Shown one piece after another: positions 19,773 through 30,149 of a stretch of DNA of 64,000 bases. A program made the position numbers and the translations under genes. Source of the stretch: a bacterium (GTDB lineage: Bacteria > UBA8248); contig OZ242260.1 in the NCBI GenBank assembly GCA_965207065.1, positions 3,712,001 through 3,776,000 of the forward strand, in the 5' to 3' direction. The notes beneath the pieces were generated by a model. It saw only the letters and a list, made by a program, of their open reading frames with translations. It was not told the DNA's origin and made no database searches. Within the stretch, counting starts at the first letter, position 1, and each line of letters opens with the position of its first letter.

Positions 19773-21089
19773 CTATTTCAGATTAGGAACTCTGACAGGC
19801 GCGAATCGATCGCTTTGGGATCCCTTGCCTCTCCCGCCCAAACCCTCGATTTCCATGATTCGCTCCTCCTCCGGGTTCCGATACGCGGAGCCCGAAATCA
19901 CTTCGAGTGCATACCTCGGAGCGGGACTGCCCCCTTTGGGAGATTTCCCGCGTATGGGGAATGAAAACGGACGACTCTCCCCGGGTCTCAAACCTCTGAG
20001 CCAGTGTCTGGTGCGGCAGCATTTTTCCCCGTTCCGGATGAGTTCGACCTGCAAGCCCGCATCGAAGGAAAAATCAGGGTCCTTGTTATGCAACGTCCCA
20101 TGGGCGCGCAGATAGGGCCTGCAGGATTTACACTTTGGTTTCTTGTACACCTCGACTTCGGCGTTTTCCACGCGCACCCACCGGTGGACTTGGCGATTTC
20201 TCTCCTGCGCCATCGTGTTGATGGAGGAGAGGATCCGCTTCTTGTGAACCGAATCGGGATAGCGCTCAAGAAACTGTTCGAGCGCTGCGACGCGGCCCGA
20301 ACGCTCGGCCCCTTCCAGCGCCCGCGCCTCCATGTGCTGCTGCATAAGCGCAGCCTCTTCCGAACCTTTGAATCTGCGGATGAAGGCCTTCCAGTCCGCC
20401 TCTTTCTCGGATCGCATTGCTCCCTCGAATCTCGCCGCACGCAAAGCGTCCTTCGCCTCAGGAAGATATAAGCTCAGAGGATTGTCGAAGACGTATCTTT
20501 CCAGATCGAGAACATCGCTCGAGGCTTTCGCAGCATCGAGCAGGAGTCTTTCGAGGCGCTGGGTCGCCGCTTCTGTCCACTCGCTCCGCGCATTCTTGTA
20601 TTTTTCAATAAAGGCCCTGTAGGATGCGACCTCGTCTTTTCCTCTCAGGGCTTCATATTCACTCTTTTGGATATCTACGTTGGCAGGCGCCTTGAACCAG
20701 CCTTCGGGAAAACGCTTCAGGATTTCTTCGAGGGCGCCGGGGTCTTTCGATTCGAGCGCTTCCTGATAAGTGAGCCGCTCCCACCAGTAGCGCGCCCGGC
20801 GAAAGTATTTACCGGTATAATGATATTCTAGATACTTCCTGTACGCGCGGGCCGTGTGCTTTCGGGTCGCCCTATCAAAATCGAACTCATCGAGTTCTGC
20901 CAGATATACCTTCGATTCTGGATGACTGGGGTTGTCGTGAATGAACCAGCGTTTTTCGTTTACCACATCGCGCGGTACTCTCTTGCGCACGCGCGTATTC
21001 TCCAGACACCCGAAGAGAGTCGAGCTGAGAATGAAGCAGATAAAAAAGGACAACAGCCGATTCCCGGACAGGCTCGTATGGGCGCTCAT
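19773..21089 (-). CDS. hypothetical lipoprotein with helical (Y/L)xx(F/Y)LxxYP repeats and C-terminal beta-rich domain
   Basis: Lipobox LFGC; repeats YRKYLEYHY, LEEILKRFP, YRAFIEKYK, LERYVFDNP, WKAFIRRFK, LEQFLERYP. Confidence 0.7.
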   Translation of the reverse strand: MSAHTSLSGNRLLSFFICFILSSTLFGCLENTRVRKRVPRDVVNEKRWFIHDNPSHPESKVYLAELDEFDFDRATRKHTARAYRKYLEYHYTGKYFRRARYWWERLTYQEALESKDPGALEEILKRFPEGWFKAPANVDIQKSEYEALRGKDEVASYRAFIEKYKNARSEWTEAATQRLERLLLDAAKASSDVLDLERYVFDNPLSLYLPEAKDALRAARFEGAMRSEKEADWKAFIRRFKGSEEAALMQQHMEARALEGAERSGRVAALEQFLERYPDSVHKKRILSSINTMAQERNRQVHRWVRVENAEVEVYKKPKCKSCRPYLRAHGTLHNKDPDFSFDAGLQVELIRNGEKCCRTRHWLRGLRPGESRPFSFPIRGKSPKGGSPAPRYALEVISGSAYRNPEEERIMEIEGLGGRGKGSQSDRFAPVRVPNLK

Positions 21090-21134
21090 CGCCTACACCT
21101 CAGCGTTTCACCGTTTATCCGGGCGTTTTCGTAA

Positions 21135-21920
21135 CTATTCGAATCGCCAGTGCAGACGCCGATACTCCTCGGGCGTCGGCAGGCAAGGGTTCTTCCTGAA
21201 GCGGACCACCCTTTCCAGAAAAATTTCCACTTCATCGGGTTCCAGGAGTTCGTCCATCTCACGCCTCAAGGAACTGTCGCTGTCGCGCAGGCTGGTCTCC
21301 AGCTTCTTGACGTCGTTCAACTGCGCCTCGGGCAGTGAAACGCCGGCATAATCCCAGATGACAGTCCTCAGCTTGGGCTCCGCATGAAACGTTAGGCCGT
21401 GGTCAATTCCCCAGACGCGGCCGTCTTCGGATTTGAAGCAATGACCACCCTTACGATCCGTATTGTTCACCATGATGTCGAAAGCCGCGAGCAGCACCAG
21501 TTCCGGGCATTCTTCCGCTCTGAGCGTGAAATAGTTCGATTTCCCATCATAGGGCACACACAACTGCATGGAACCCTCTCCGTGCGGACCTTCTCGAATC
21601 ACCGTAGGAGGTACGAGGTGCCACCCGAGATGATGACTCACCAAAAAGGAACATCTTTCCCGGAAGTGAAGCGTCCCATAGGGGAAATCCCAAAGAGGCC
21701 GCTCTCCGTTCGCGGGCTTGTATATCCCCCAGAACTGGAAATCCTCTGCGGCCATCCTCACGGCGAACGTATAGTTCGAACCTTGCGGCACCAACTCGCC
21801 GCCCAGGATTTCCGAGTTAAGCAGCAGATCCTCAATTTGCGCCGGCTCGAAGCGAAAGGCTTGCGCTTCGGGCGCATCCACCGTTTCCTGGCCTTCAGGA
21901 GGAGAGGATTTCCGGGCCAC
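21135..21920 (-). CDS. SCO1664-family protein (PI3/4-kinase-like fold)
   Basis: GSNYTF, YKPANGERPLWDFPYGTL, NNTDRKGGH, IDHGLTFH, KLRTVIWD motifs. Confidence 0.88.
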   Translation of the reverse strand: MARKSSPPEGQETVDAPEAQAFRFEPAQIEDLLLNSEILGGELVPQGSNYTFAVRMAAEDFQFWGIYKPANGERPLWDFPYGTLHFRERCSFLVSHHLGWHLVPPTVIREGPHGEGSMQLCVPYDGKSNYFTLRAEECPELVLLAAFDIMVNNTDRKGGHCFKSEDGRVWGIDHGLTFHAEPKLRTVIWDYAGVSLPEAQLNDVKKLETSLRDSDSSLRREMDELLEPDEVEIFLERVVRFRKNPCLPTPEEYRRLHWRFE

Positions 21921-21952
21921 GAGATTTCCCTGTCACGTAAGATTGGAGCGGA

Positions 21953-22531
21953 TTAATGACGAAAATGCCCGTTTGTGTTCGGGTCGACCTTGCCTGTGGC
22001 CACCATGGCATGACGAGAGAGCGCATCTGTCCCCCGCCCCGAGGAGCATTCATCCAGGCTTTGATTGATAAATTCATCCAACTGCGCATGCGCGAGACTC
22101 ACTTGCAGCGCGGCGGGGCCGACGGCCTCTTCTTCGTATTCCTCTTCTTCGGCACGCTCCCCCTCCGAGACGACTTCGTCTCGCTCATCGTAGAAAAAGA
22201 CGGTGACGCGGCTTTTGCCTGGACCATACGCCAGCCCCAAACGGCTTACCTTGAACTCAATCAACCCTTCGGAACTCACAGGGGTGGACCCGACCTCGGC
22301 GATGTCGGGAAATTCCGGTTCCTCGTCTGAGCGTTCTCCTTGCCCTTTCGCCTCCGCCATCTTTTTCATCGCCATCGAAAGGCCGTAGACCTGCTCTTTC
22401 TCCAGCCAGAGCGTGGCAGCCGCCTTCGTCGGGCAATCAATCAGAATGCGGAAAATCCTCTTGCCCGCGACGCCAATCGCTTCGGTTCTGATTTTTTCGA
22501 CTTCGCCGAAATTATGTTTGGCAGAATCCAT
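21953..22531 (-). CDS. DUF3090-like protein
   Basis: EAIGVAGKRIFRI, WLEKEQ, C-terminal NGH; adjacent to the SCO1664-family gene, as in the known pair. Confidence 0.75.
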   Translation of the reverse strand: MDSAKHNFGEVEKIRTEAIGVAGKRIFRILIDCPTKAAATLWLEKEQVYGLSMAMKKMAEAKGQGERSDEEPEFPDIAEVGSTPVSSEGLIEFKVSRLGLAYGPGKSRVTVFFYDERDEVVSEGERAEEEEYEEEAVGPAALQVSLAHAQLDEFINQSLDECSSGRGTDALSRHAMVATGKVDPNTNGHFRH

Positions 22532-22718
22532 GTGAGATATAATACTCCGCGATGCGATATGAGACGGCACAAGTTGGGTATACCATAAACAGATGTCCTT
22601 TCACTTGTCTAATCAAACTTTGCTAACTTTCGTTTCGGCTTTCACCGTTGGAAAATTGCGTCTATACTTCAGCAACAAACTCGCCCCGTAATCCATCCAG
22701 ACGCCGAGAAACCAACGC

Positions 22719-22880
22719 ATGGCGAAAAGACCCACCCGAAAACCCGCCGCTGTTAAACACGGCTTTCTCGAATACCTGCTCCTGAGCGTTCTCGCGCTCG
22801 TCGTCTTGGTGACGGCGTGGACGCTCTATGACAACGGAATCCTCGACACTTTCATCGAACTTTTCAAAGGCTCCCACTAA
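22719..22880 (+). CDS. small single-TM protein (53 aa), Flp-pilin-like N-terminus
   Basis: Hand-translated MAKRPTRKPAAVKHGFLEYLLLSVLALVVLVTAWTLYDNGILDTFIELFKGSH; below the ORF-track cutoff. Confidence 0.6.
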   Translation: MAKRPTRKPAAVKHGFLEYLLLSVLALVVLVTAWTLYDNGILDTFIELFKGSH

Positions 22881-23152
22881 GACGCGATGCTCATGAGAGT
22901 CGCGCCTCCTCCCTTGAGAGGTCCGCAGGCTTCGTCGCTCCTGCAAGCGCTTCATCCAGGCGGGCGCTTTCTCTGCATCGCTCATCGATACGCATCTCCT
23001 GAAGTTTGGTCTTCTCGAAAACAAAACGACAAAGCTCACATACTATGGATTCTGGGCAAACAAAATCCAATGGCCAAATTTCCGGAATCGGCTACACAGT
23101 TCCAGACGAAAATGATAGCCTCCACCAAATCGCAACTTACAGAGGATGCTCT

Positions 23153-23962
23153 TTGTTGGCCCGGCTCATATCCAGAACACTGCAAACTCCCGACGGCCCG
23201 CTCGCCTATACCGAAGCGGGGGGCGATGACAAAGAACCCCTCCTCCTTGTGCACGGCGGCTTCGGGGCAGCGAACCACTGGCTCAAGAACCAGGCTTTCT
23301 TCGCCGAGCACTACCGGGTACTGGCGCTCGATCTCCCCGCCTTCGGCGAGAGCTACGCGCCGCCCAAACCGCACTCGGCAGCATCCGTCACACAGGGCAT
23401 CGGGCGTCTGCTCGACGGGCTTGGAATCGAGAAGTGCTCCTGCACGGCCTTTTCCTTCGGCGCGACGATGAGCGTGACGTATTGCCAGGAAAACGCATTG
23501 CGATTCAAGAAACTCGTTCTGCTGGGACCGGGAGGGTTGGGCATCACGGGAGACGTCAAGCTCGGCGATGAGCGCCGCGCCACCAGGGAAATGAGCCGCG
23601 AGGAGAAGCACGCGGTGTTCGTCCACAACCAAAGGGCGCTGATGTTCAAAAATCCCGAATGCGCGGATGAAGCGTACCTTTCTCATGCCTGGGCGAACCT
23701 CAAGAATTCAAGGATGAACATCTACGCCATGAACCGCGAACCCTATCTGCCCGATCTGCTTCCGGCGTGTTCCATGCCGTTGCTGATCTTGTGGGGAGAC
23801 GCCGACGTCATCGCCTACCCCACGCCCGAAGAGCGCCGGAGCGCTTGCCAAAAAGCCGCTCCCCATGCAGAAGTGGACATTATTCCCGACGCCGGGCACA
23901 TGGCCCAGTGGGAACAACCCGACATATTCAACGAACGCGTATTGAAATTCCTGAGATCGTAA
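23153..23962 (+). CDS. alpha/beta fold hydrolase
   Basis: LLVHGGFG, DLPAFGES, AFSFG, GH motifs; start uncertain (TTG 23153 after GAGGA, or ATG 23045). Confidence 0.88.
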   Translation: MLARLISRTLQTPDGPLAYTEAGGDDKEPLLLVHGGFGAANHWLKNQAFFAEHYRVLALDLPAFGESYAPPKPHSAASVTQGIGRLLDGLGIEKCSCTAFSFGATMSVTYCQENALRFKKLVLLGPGGLGITGDVKLGDERRATREMSREEKHAVFVHNQRALMFKNPECADEAYLSHAWANLKNSRMNIYAMNREPYLPDLLPACSMPLLILWGDADVIAYPTPEERRSACQKAAPHAEVDIIPDAGHMAQWEQPDIFNERVLKFLRS

Positions 23963-23992
23963 ATAGCCACCATCCCCTGAGGAGAATGTTTC

Positions 23993-24760
23993 ATGGGCAA
24001 GACTAGCTTTGATTTTTCCGGACAGGTCGCCGTCGTCACGGGCGCATCGCGCGGCATCGGCAAAGGATCGGCGGAGAAGTTCGCCGAGGCGGGCGCCAAG
24101 GCCTATCTCATCGACATCGACGTCGAACTCGGCGAGGCGGCCGCCGCCGGCATCCGAGAGAACGGGGGGGACGCCACCTTCATCGACTGCGACCTCACGG
24201 ATTCGGTGGCCGTGAAACAGATGATTGAGCGCATTGCGAGCGAGGCGGGCGCCATCGACATTTTCGTCAATTCCGCCGGCGGTTTTCACCAGCAACTATC
24301 CACAGGCGATACGTCGGAAGACGAGTGGGACGCCGTGGTGGACAGGAACCTGAAGAGCGTGTTCCTGACCTCGAAGCATCTGACACCGGTTTTCGAAAAA
24401 CAAAACAGCGGCTGCGTGATCAACCTGGGCTCCATGTCGGGAATCACCACGCTCCAGCCCTCCTCCCCGCCCTATGCGGCGGCCAAGGCGGGTGTTCATG
24501 CCCTGACCCGTGTGCTCGCCTACGAGCTTGGGCAATACAACGTGCGCGTGAACGCCATCGCGCCGGGAACCACGGCGACCGAGCGCGTCATCGCGGTGCG
24601 CTCGGAAGAGCAGCGCGAGATGATCGGCAAGGGCACGCTTTTGGGCCGCATCGCCGATGTGGATGATATGGTCGGCTGGGTGCTCATGCTGGCGTCGCCC
24701 GAATCCACCTACCTCACGGGCCAGACCATCGCCGTGAACGCGGGCCGATACATGTCGTAG
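23993..24760 (+). CDS. SDR family oxidoreductase
   Basis: TGASRGIG, NSAGG, YAAAK motifs; GAGGAG RBS. Confidence 0.94.
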   Translation: MGKTSFDFSGQVAVVTGASRGIGKGSAEKFAEAGAKAYLIDIDVELGEAAAAGIRENGGDATFIDCDLTDSVAVKQMIERIASEAGAIDIFVNSAGGFHQQLSTGDTSEDEWDAVVDRNLKSVFLTSKHLTPVFEKQNSGCVINLGSMSGITTLQPSSPPYAAAKAGVHALTRVLAYELGQYNVRVNAIAPGTTATERVIAVRSEEQREMIGKGTLLGRIADVDDMVGWVLMLASPESTYLTGQTIAVNAGRYMS

Positions 24761-24806
24761 ATGGACAGATATTTTTGCAAATTTACAGCCATTTTGAGGG
24801 TTTTTG

Positions 24807-25430
24807 ATGAGTGAATACCTGGAATTCGACCCCGATGAGATAGAGAGGCGCGCGGTTTATCGCCTGCTCACGGGCTCCATCGTCCCCCGCCCCATCGGCT
24901 GGGCGTCATCCATCAGCAAGGACGGGATATACAACATCGCGCCCTTCAGCTTCTTCACCTGCGTCTGCGTGGCGCCGCCGATGATATCGCTCACCGTGGC
25001 GAGAAACCCCGACGGCACGAAGAAGCACACCCTCATCAACGCGGAGGAAACCGGAGAGTTCTGCTTCAACGTCGTCACCCACCGCCATTGGGAGCAGATG
25101 GTGGACACGGCGAACGGCATCCCGGCGGAGGAGAGCGAGTTCGACGCCACCGGTCTCGAACCGATACCCGCGAAGAAGGTGAAGGCGCCGCGCATCAAGG
25201 ACGCGCCCATTCATTTCGAGTGCAAAACCCACAACGTGTTCGAACTGGGGCCGAACAAGCACCCGCTTCTGATCGGGGAAGTCGTCTATTTCCATGTCAA
25301 TCCGGACGTCATGACGGGCGGATACATCGACATGAAAAAACTCGAGCCCATCGGCCGCCTGAACGGCTTCTGGCAGTGTACGCTCGGTGAATTCCTGGAA
25401 AGAAGTTTCCAGGACGGGCAGCCGAGATAA
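24807..25430 (+). CDS. flavin reductase family protein
   Basis: VPRPIGW, NIAPFSFF, KHTLINA, GEV, IGRL motifs. Confidence 0.92.
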   Translation: MSEYLEFDPDEIERRAVYRLLTGSIVPRPIGWASSISKDGIYNIAPFSFFTCVCVAPPMISLTVARNPDGTKKHTLINAEETGEFCFNVVTHRHWEQMVDTANGIPAEESEFDATGLEPIPAKKVKAPRIKDAPIHFECKTHNVFELGPNKHPLLIGEVVYFHVNPDVMTGGYIDMKKLEPIGRLNGFWQCTLGEFLERSFQDGQPR

Positions 25431-25539
25431 TACCCGGAGGTTACAGCCCCGAAAGTCTTGATAATGCAGGGCAAGTATTTCCTGCAGGCAACGAGAATCT
25501 ACTTTACATACATGACATAACTAACTGTTATATCAAATA

Positions 25540-25746
25540 TTACTCTACATCGAATCCGGTGTCATCAACTGCGGCGCGTAGAGCGTCCAGATTCGTCACA
25601 CCTTCATCGAAAACGACCGTCGCCTTACCGCCTTCCAGATCGACCGCGGCCTCGGCCACGCCTTCCACACCGCTTAACGCCTCTTGCACAGCGGACTGGC
25701 ACATCTCGCAACTCATTCCACCCACGTTGATTACCACTTTTTCCAT
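25540..25746 (-). CDS. copZ: heavy-metal (copper) chaperone
   Basis: GMSCEMC HMA motif; 68 aa; GGAG RBS; downstream of copA. Confidence 0.88.
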   Translation of the reverse strand: MEKVVINVGGMSCEMCQSAVQEALSGVEGVAEAAVDLEGGKATVVFDEGVTNLDALRAAVDDTGFDVE

Positions 25747-25802
25747 ATCAACTTTCTCCAAGTAAACCCGAGCCGTCAGACGCGCAAGCCCGCATCCGGA
25801 AT

Positions 25803-28214
25803 CTAGTCCACACTCCTCGTACGAGCGGGCTTCCAGTTTCTCAGCAATAAAGTGTTCGAGACGACGGATACCGAACTGAACGCCATGGCCGCACCTGCGA
25901 CGATAGGGCTTAAAAACCCGAACGCCGCCAGGGGGATGCCGAGAATGTTGTAGAAAAATGCCCAGAAAAGGTTCTGGCGTATTTTCCGCAAAACGGTCCT
26001 CGATAGGTGAATACCGGATACGACACCCATCAAATCGCCCTGCATCAGCGTGATGTCCGACGCCTCCATCGCGATGTCCGTCCCCGTGCCGATCGCGAAT
26101 CCCACGTCCGCTGCCGCCAAGGCGGGAGCGTCGTTGATGCCGTCGCCCACCATGCCCACCTTGTTGCCGCCTCGCCTTAGTTGTTCCACCATGGCCGCCT
26201 TTTCATCCGGCATCACATCCGCCATGACGCGGGAAATGCCCGCCTCCGCCGCTATGGCCTGCGCTGTGCGCTCGTTGTCGCCCGTCATCATGTAGACCTC
26301 AACCCCCATGCCCTGGAGAGCCGCTACTGCTTCGGCCGAGTTCTCCCTCAGCGTATCTGCGACGCCGATGGCGCCCATCAGGTTTTCCTCTTCGGCGAGA
26401 AGCACTACGGTTTTCCCCTGCGATTCGAGGCGGCGAATCTCATCGACAGACCCGGGCGCTGCCACACCGCGCTCCGCCATGAACTTCTCGTTGCCCAGAT
26501 AAATTTTCCGCTCATCCACATTCGCTTCCAGGCCATGCCCCGGAAAGGCGCGGAAATCCCGCATTTCAAGAAATTCCACGCCGCGCGCTTCAGCCTCATC
26601 GACTATCGATTTTCCCAGGGGATGCTCCGAGCCGCGCTCCGCACTCGCCGCGAGCCGGAGCAACTCCTCTTCCGTGAGCCCGTTCAACGGCAATATGTCT
26701 GTCACCACAGGCGTCCCTTTCGTCAGCGTGCCCGTTTTGTCCAGTATCATGGCGTCGAGCCTGTGCGCCGTCTCCAGGGACTCACCGCCCTTGATGAGAA
26801 CCCCCGCCTCGGCCCCTTTCCCGGTGCCCACCATGATCGCCGTAGGCGTCGCTAATCCTAAGGCGCACGGGCAGGCGATAACCAGAACGGCAACGGCGTT
26901 GATGAGCGCCGGCGTGAACGGCCCCACGGCGTCCCACAGAATGTACGTGACGAGGGCAATTCCCAGTACGATGGGCACGAAAATGCCCGACACCCTGTCC
27001 GCGGTGCGCTGGATCGGCGCCTTGGAGCCCTGCGCCTGCTCCACCATGCGGATTATTTGGGCGAGGACCGTTTCTTTTCCCACCCTCGAAGCCCGGAACT
27101 TCACCGCCCCGTCGATGTTGAGCGTAGCCCCGGTGACGGTGTCGTCCACGCCTTTCGCGACCGGAACGCTCTCGCCCGTCAGCATCGACTCATCCACGGA
27201 AGTCGCGCCTTCGAGGACAATCCCGTCCACGGGGTATTTCTCGCCAGGACGCACCATCACGACATCGCCCACGCGGACCTCGCCCACGGGAACCTCGAGC
27301 TCCTCCCCGTCGCGGAGCACGCGCGCCGTCTTGGCCTGAAGGCCCATGAGTTTCTTGATGGCTTCTGAGGTTCTGCCCATGGCGCGCTCTTCGAGAACCT
27401 TTCCGAGCAGGATGAGCGTGATCAAAATTGCGGACGCCTCGAAATACACGTGATGCCCGCTCAGGCCCCACAGCGTCACCACGCTGCTGTGCAGCCAGGC
27501 CGCGCTCGTTCCCAGGGCGACGAGAACGTCCATGTTCGCGCCGCCGCCCATGAGCGAGTGATACGCGCCCCGGTAAAACCGCCGGCCCACGATGAACTGC
27601 ACGGGCGTGGCGAGCGCGAACTGCCACCACCTGGGCAATTCCCAGCCGCCCGCGCCCGGAAGCATCCCCGCCATCTGTATGAGAAGCGGGGCTGATAAAA
27701 CCACGGAGAGCACGAGCAGGCGCACGCTTTTCCTGAATTCGCGCTCTCGCTTAAGTTTTTCCAGGTCTTGTTGTTCATCTACCACGGGACGGGCCGAATA
27801 CCCCGCTTTGGCCACGTAATCGAAAATTTCATCGGTATGAGCCAGGGCCGGCTGGAACTCCACATGGCCGCGGCCCATCGAGAAATCCACGTCGGCGGAA
27901 ACCACGCCGTCCAACCCGCTCAATTTCTCTTCCAGGCCTGCGGCGTCCGCTGCGTCCACCACTCCTTCTATCGTGAACTCGACACGAGAATACGGAACCC
28001 GGAACCCTGTTTTTTCCACCCTCTTGGTGATGTCGGCAGGCGTCACCTGGGCGGGGACGAACTCGACCTGCGCGCGCGCCAGCGCCAGATTCACGTTCGC
28101 GCGCAACACGCCGTCGAGCGAACCGAGTCGTTTTTCCAGCCTTGAGGAACACGCCGCGCACGACATGCCTTCGACCGGAATTTCCAGTGTCTCGGGTATT
28201 GAATTTATCGACAT
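25803..28214 (-). CDS. copA: Cu(I)-translocating P1B-type ATPase
   Basis: GMSCAAC, TGES, CPCALG, DKTGT, SEHP, GDGIND, YN and MAFSS motifs; second HMA domain lacks Cys. Confidence 0.95.
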   Translation of the reverse strand: MSINSIPETLEIPVEGMSCAACSSRLEKRLGSLDGVLRANVNLALARAQVEFVPAQVTPADITKRVEKTGFRVPYSRVEFTIEGVVDAADAAGLEEKLSGLDGVVSADVDFSMGRGHVEFQPALAHTDEIFDYVAKAGYSARPVVDEQQDLEKLKREREFRKSVRLLVLSVVLSAPLLIQMAGMLPGAGGWELPRWWQFALATPVQFIVGRRFYRGAYHSLMGGGANMDVLVALGTSAAWLHSSVVTLWGLSGHHVYFEASAILITLILLGKVLEERAMGRTSEAIKKLMGLQAKTARVLRDGEELEVPVGEVRVGDVVMVRPGEKYPVDGIVLEGATSVDESMLTGESVPVAKGVDDTVTGATLNIDGAVKFRASRVGKETVLAQIIRMVEQAQGSKAPIQRTADRVSGIFVPIVLGIALVTYILWDAVGPFTPALINAVAVLVIACPCALGLATPTAIMVGTGKGAEAGVLIKGGESLETAHRLDAMILDKTGTLTKGTPVVTDILPLNGLTEEELLRLAASAERGSEHPLGKSIVDEAEARGVEFLEMRDFRAFPGHGLEANVDERKIYLGNEKFMAERGVAAPGSVDEIRRLESQGKTVVLLAEEENLMGAIGVADTLRENSAEAVAALQGMGVEVYMMTGDNERTAQAIAAEAGISRVMADVMPDEKAAMVEQLRRGGNKVGMVGDGINDAPALAAADVGFAIGTGTDIAMEASDITLMQGDLMGVVSGIHLSRTVLRKIRQNLFWAFFYNILGIPLAAFGFLSPIVAGAAMAFSSVSVVSNTLLLRNWKPARTRSVD

Positions 28215-28223
28215 GCCCCGCTC

Positions 28224-29372
28224 CTAGCCCAATGCCTGAAGTTTTACGCTCACGCTCATCCGGGTCCCGTCGCGCATCAGGTGCACTTCCACGACGTCGC
28301 CCACCTTGTGCTCATCTAGCGCGTCCAACAAATCATTGCGCGAGGTGACCGACTTCTCCCCCACCCCGACGATCACATCGCCGAGCACGAGGCTCCCCGC
28401 CCGGTTCCTCCCGGTGCCGCGCAGCCCGGCACCTTCAGCCGCGCTGCCTTTTTGTACGCGAATGATCAGCACGCCCCGTACGCCGAAGCGCTCCGCCGTC
28501 CCCCTGTCGGCCACGTGAATGCCGAGCCCTGGCCTGATAACGCGGCCATGGCGGAGCAACTGGGGAACGACCCTGTTCACCGTATCTACGGGAACCGCGA
28601 AGCCGATTCCTGCGTTGGAGCCGGAGGGACTGAAAATAGCGGTGTTGACGCCTATGAGGCGCCCGGCGCTGTCCAGAAGAGGCCCCCCCGAATTGCCCGG
28701 GTTGATCGCGGCGTCGGTCTGGATGACGCCGCTGATCTTGCGGCCCGACACGCCGTTGATCTCACGCCCCAGCGCGCTGATGATCCCCGTCGTGAGGGTC
28801 TGGTCCAACCCGAAGGGGTTGCCGATGGCGAACACCCTCTGGCCCACCAGCAGGTTGGAGGACTGCCCGACGGCGATCGGCTTGAGCCGGCTTTTGGGCG
28901 CATTGATGAAGAGGACCGCCAAATCCTGATCCGGCGCCATTCCCACCACGCGCGCGTCCCACTCGGTGTTATCCGCCAGGGTGATGCGAAGGGCGCTCGC
29001 TCCCTGAATGACGTGAAAGTTCGTGATGACGTGGCCCTGATCGTTCCAGACGAAGCCCGAACCCGTGCCCTGGGGAATCTCGAACAAATTGAGACTGAAC
29101 CTGTCGCGCCTCATCGCCAGCCTCGTGATATAGACCACCGACGGAGAAGAGAGGCGGAAAAGCTCTATGTTGGATTTCTCCTCGGCGGCGAGGTCTCCTC
29201 GCGGGGTAACGACGCGGGGCACGGCATCGGGGTCGTGGAAGTTATCGAAATATCCCCTTGCGAACATCCACGCGAGGGCGACGCCCAGCAAAAAAACACA
29301 CCAGACGAGCCATCGCCATCTGCTCGAATAGGTTACGCCTCCACCCCTGTGTTCACGACCTCCCCCGTTCAT
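28224..29372 (-). CDS. S1C (DegP/HtrA-like) serine protease with one PDZ domain
   Basis: GTGSGF, TNFHV, DLAVL, AINPGNSGGPL motifs; N-terminal TM; ATGA overlap with TetR gene. Confidence 0.94.
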   Translation of the reverse strand: MNGGGREHRGGGVTYSSRWRWLVWCVFLLGVALAWMFARGYFDNFHDPDAVPRVVTPRGDLAAEEKSNIELFRLSSPSVVYITRLAMRRDRFSLNLFEIPQGTGSGFVWNDQGHVITNFHVIQGASALRITLADNTEWDARVVGMAPDQDLAVLFINAPKSRLKPIAVGQSSNLLVGQRVFAIGNPFGLDQTLTTGIISALGREINGVSGRKISGVIQTDAAINPGNSGGPLLDSAGRLIGVNTAIFSPSGSNAGIGFAVPVDTVNRVVPQLLRHGRVIRPGLGIHVADRGTAERFGVRGVLIIRVQKGSAAEGAGLRGTGRNRAGSLVLGDVIVGVGEKSVTSRNDLLDALDEHKVGDVVEVHLMRDGTRMSVSVKLQALG

Positions 29373-30001
29373 TTCGACTCCTCTTTCTGCGCCCAAGGCA
29401 GGCTCATGACAGCACGCTCGCAGTCTTCGCGTAAAGACGCCTCATCCTGAGAACATCTCGCAATGATATGCGCACCCTGCATCTGGGAGAAGAAAGAACG
29501 CGCATATACAAGCGGTGCGATTTCTCCCGGAAGCTCTCCTTCCGCTTGAGACTGCGCCAATACGAGAGCGATTCTCTCAAATACGCCGTCCCAGACCTCT
29601 TTCAGCCGCATGCGCATCTCTTCATCAAGAGCACTCAGTTCGAGCGAGAGGTTCCCGATGGGGCATCCGCAGCACGGGGAATCCTGAATCGGCATGCGGG
29701 CGTAGGATTCCGCCAGACACCTGATTTTCTCGCGCCCACTCGCTTCTGTATCAAATGAGGGTGCGAGGTAGTTTTCGTGAAGTAGCGATTCGTAATGATC
29801 TATGATGGCGAGCCCCAAGTTTTTCTTGGAGCGAAAAAAATAGTACAGACTCCCCCGGTTCACTTTGGCGCCCTGCGCGACTATGTCCAGTGAGGTGGCG
29901 TGAAAGCCTCTCTGATAGACGAGCCGCGCGGCCGCTTCTATGATTTTGCGCTTCGTCCGGGAAGCCTTGGAACCTTTGGGCGTCGCCGTTGCTGCTTTCA
30001 T
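29369..30001 (-). CDS. TetR/AcrR family regulator (NemR-like C-terminus)
   Basis: GFHATSLD...RGSLYYFFRSK HTH; SPCCGCPIGNL. Confidence 0.93.
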   Translation of the reverse strand: MKAATATPKGSKASRTKRKIIEAAARLVYQRGFHATSLDIVAQGAKVNRGSLYYFFRSKKNLGLAIIDHYESLLHENYLAPSFDTEASGREKIRCLAESYARMPIQDSPCCGCPIGNLSLELSALDEEMRMRLKEVWDGVFERIALVLAQSQAEGELPGEIAPLVYARSFFSQMQGAHIIARCSQDEASLREDCERAVMSLPWAQKEESK

Positions 30002-30090
30002 GCGCTCTCACTCCGGTGAGTGAAATTTCGTCTTGCGGAAAAATGCTCCGCAATGGGCCACAAAGCGACCCACGAGAAAAATATAAAATT

Positions 30091-30114
30091 ATTTAGTTAG
30101 TTAGTCAACTAAAT
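30091..30114. promoter_or_regulatory. putative TetR operator palindrome
   Basis: ATTTAGTT-N8-AACTAAAT in an AT-rich stretch about 90 bp upstream of the TetR gene. Confidence 0.55.
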
Positions 30115-30149
30115 TTATGGCTGCTGCCACACCAATCCTGAAAGACATA

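Noticed and set aside
27780-27990. Second HMA domain of CopA without CxxC
   Set aside because: Degenerate metal-binding domains are common in P1B ATPases.
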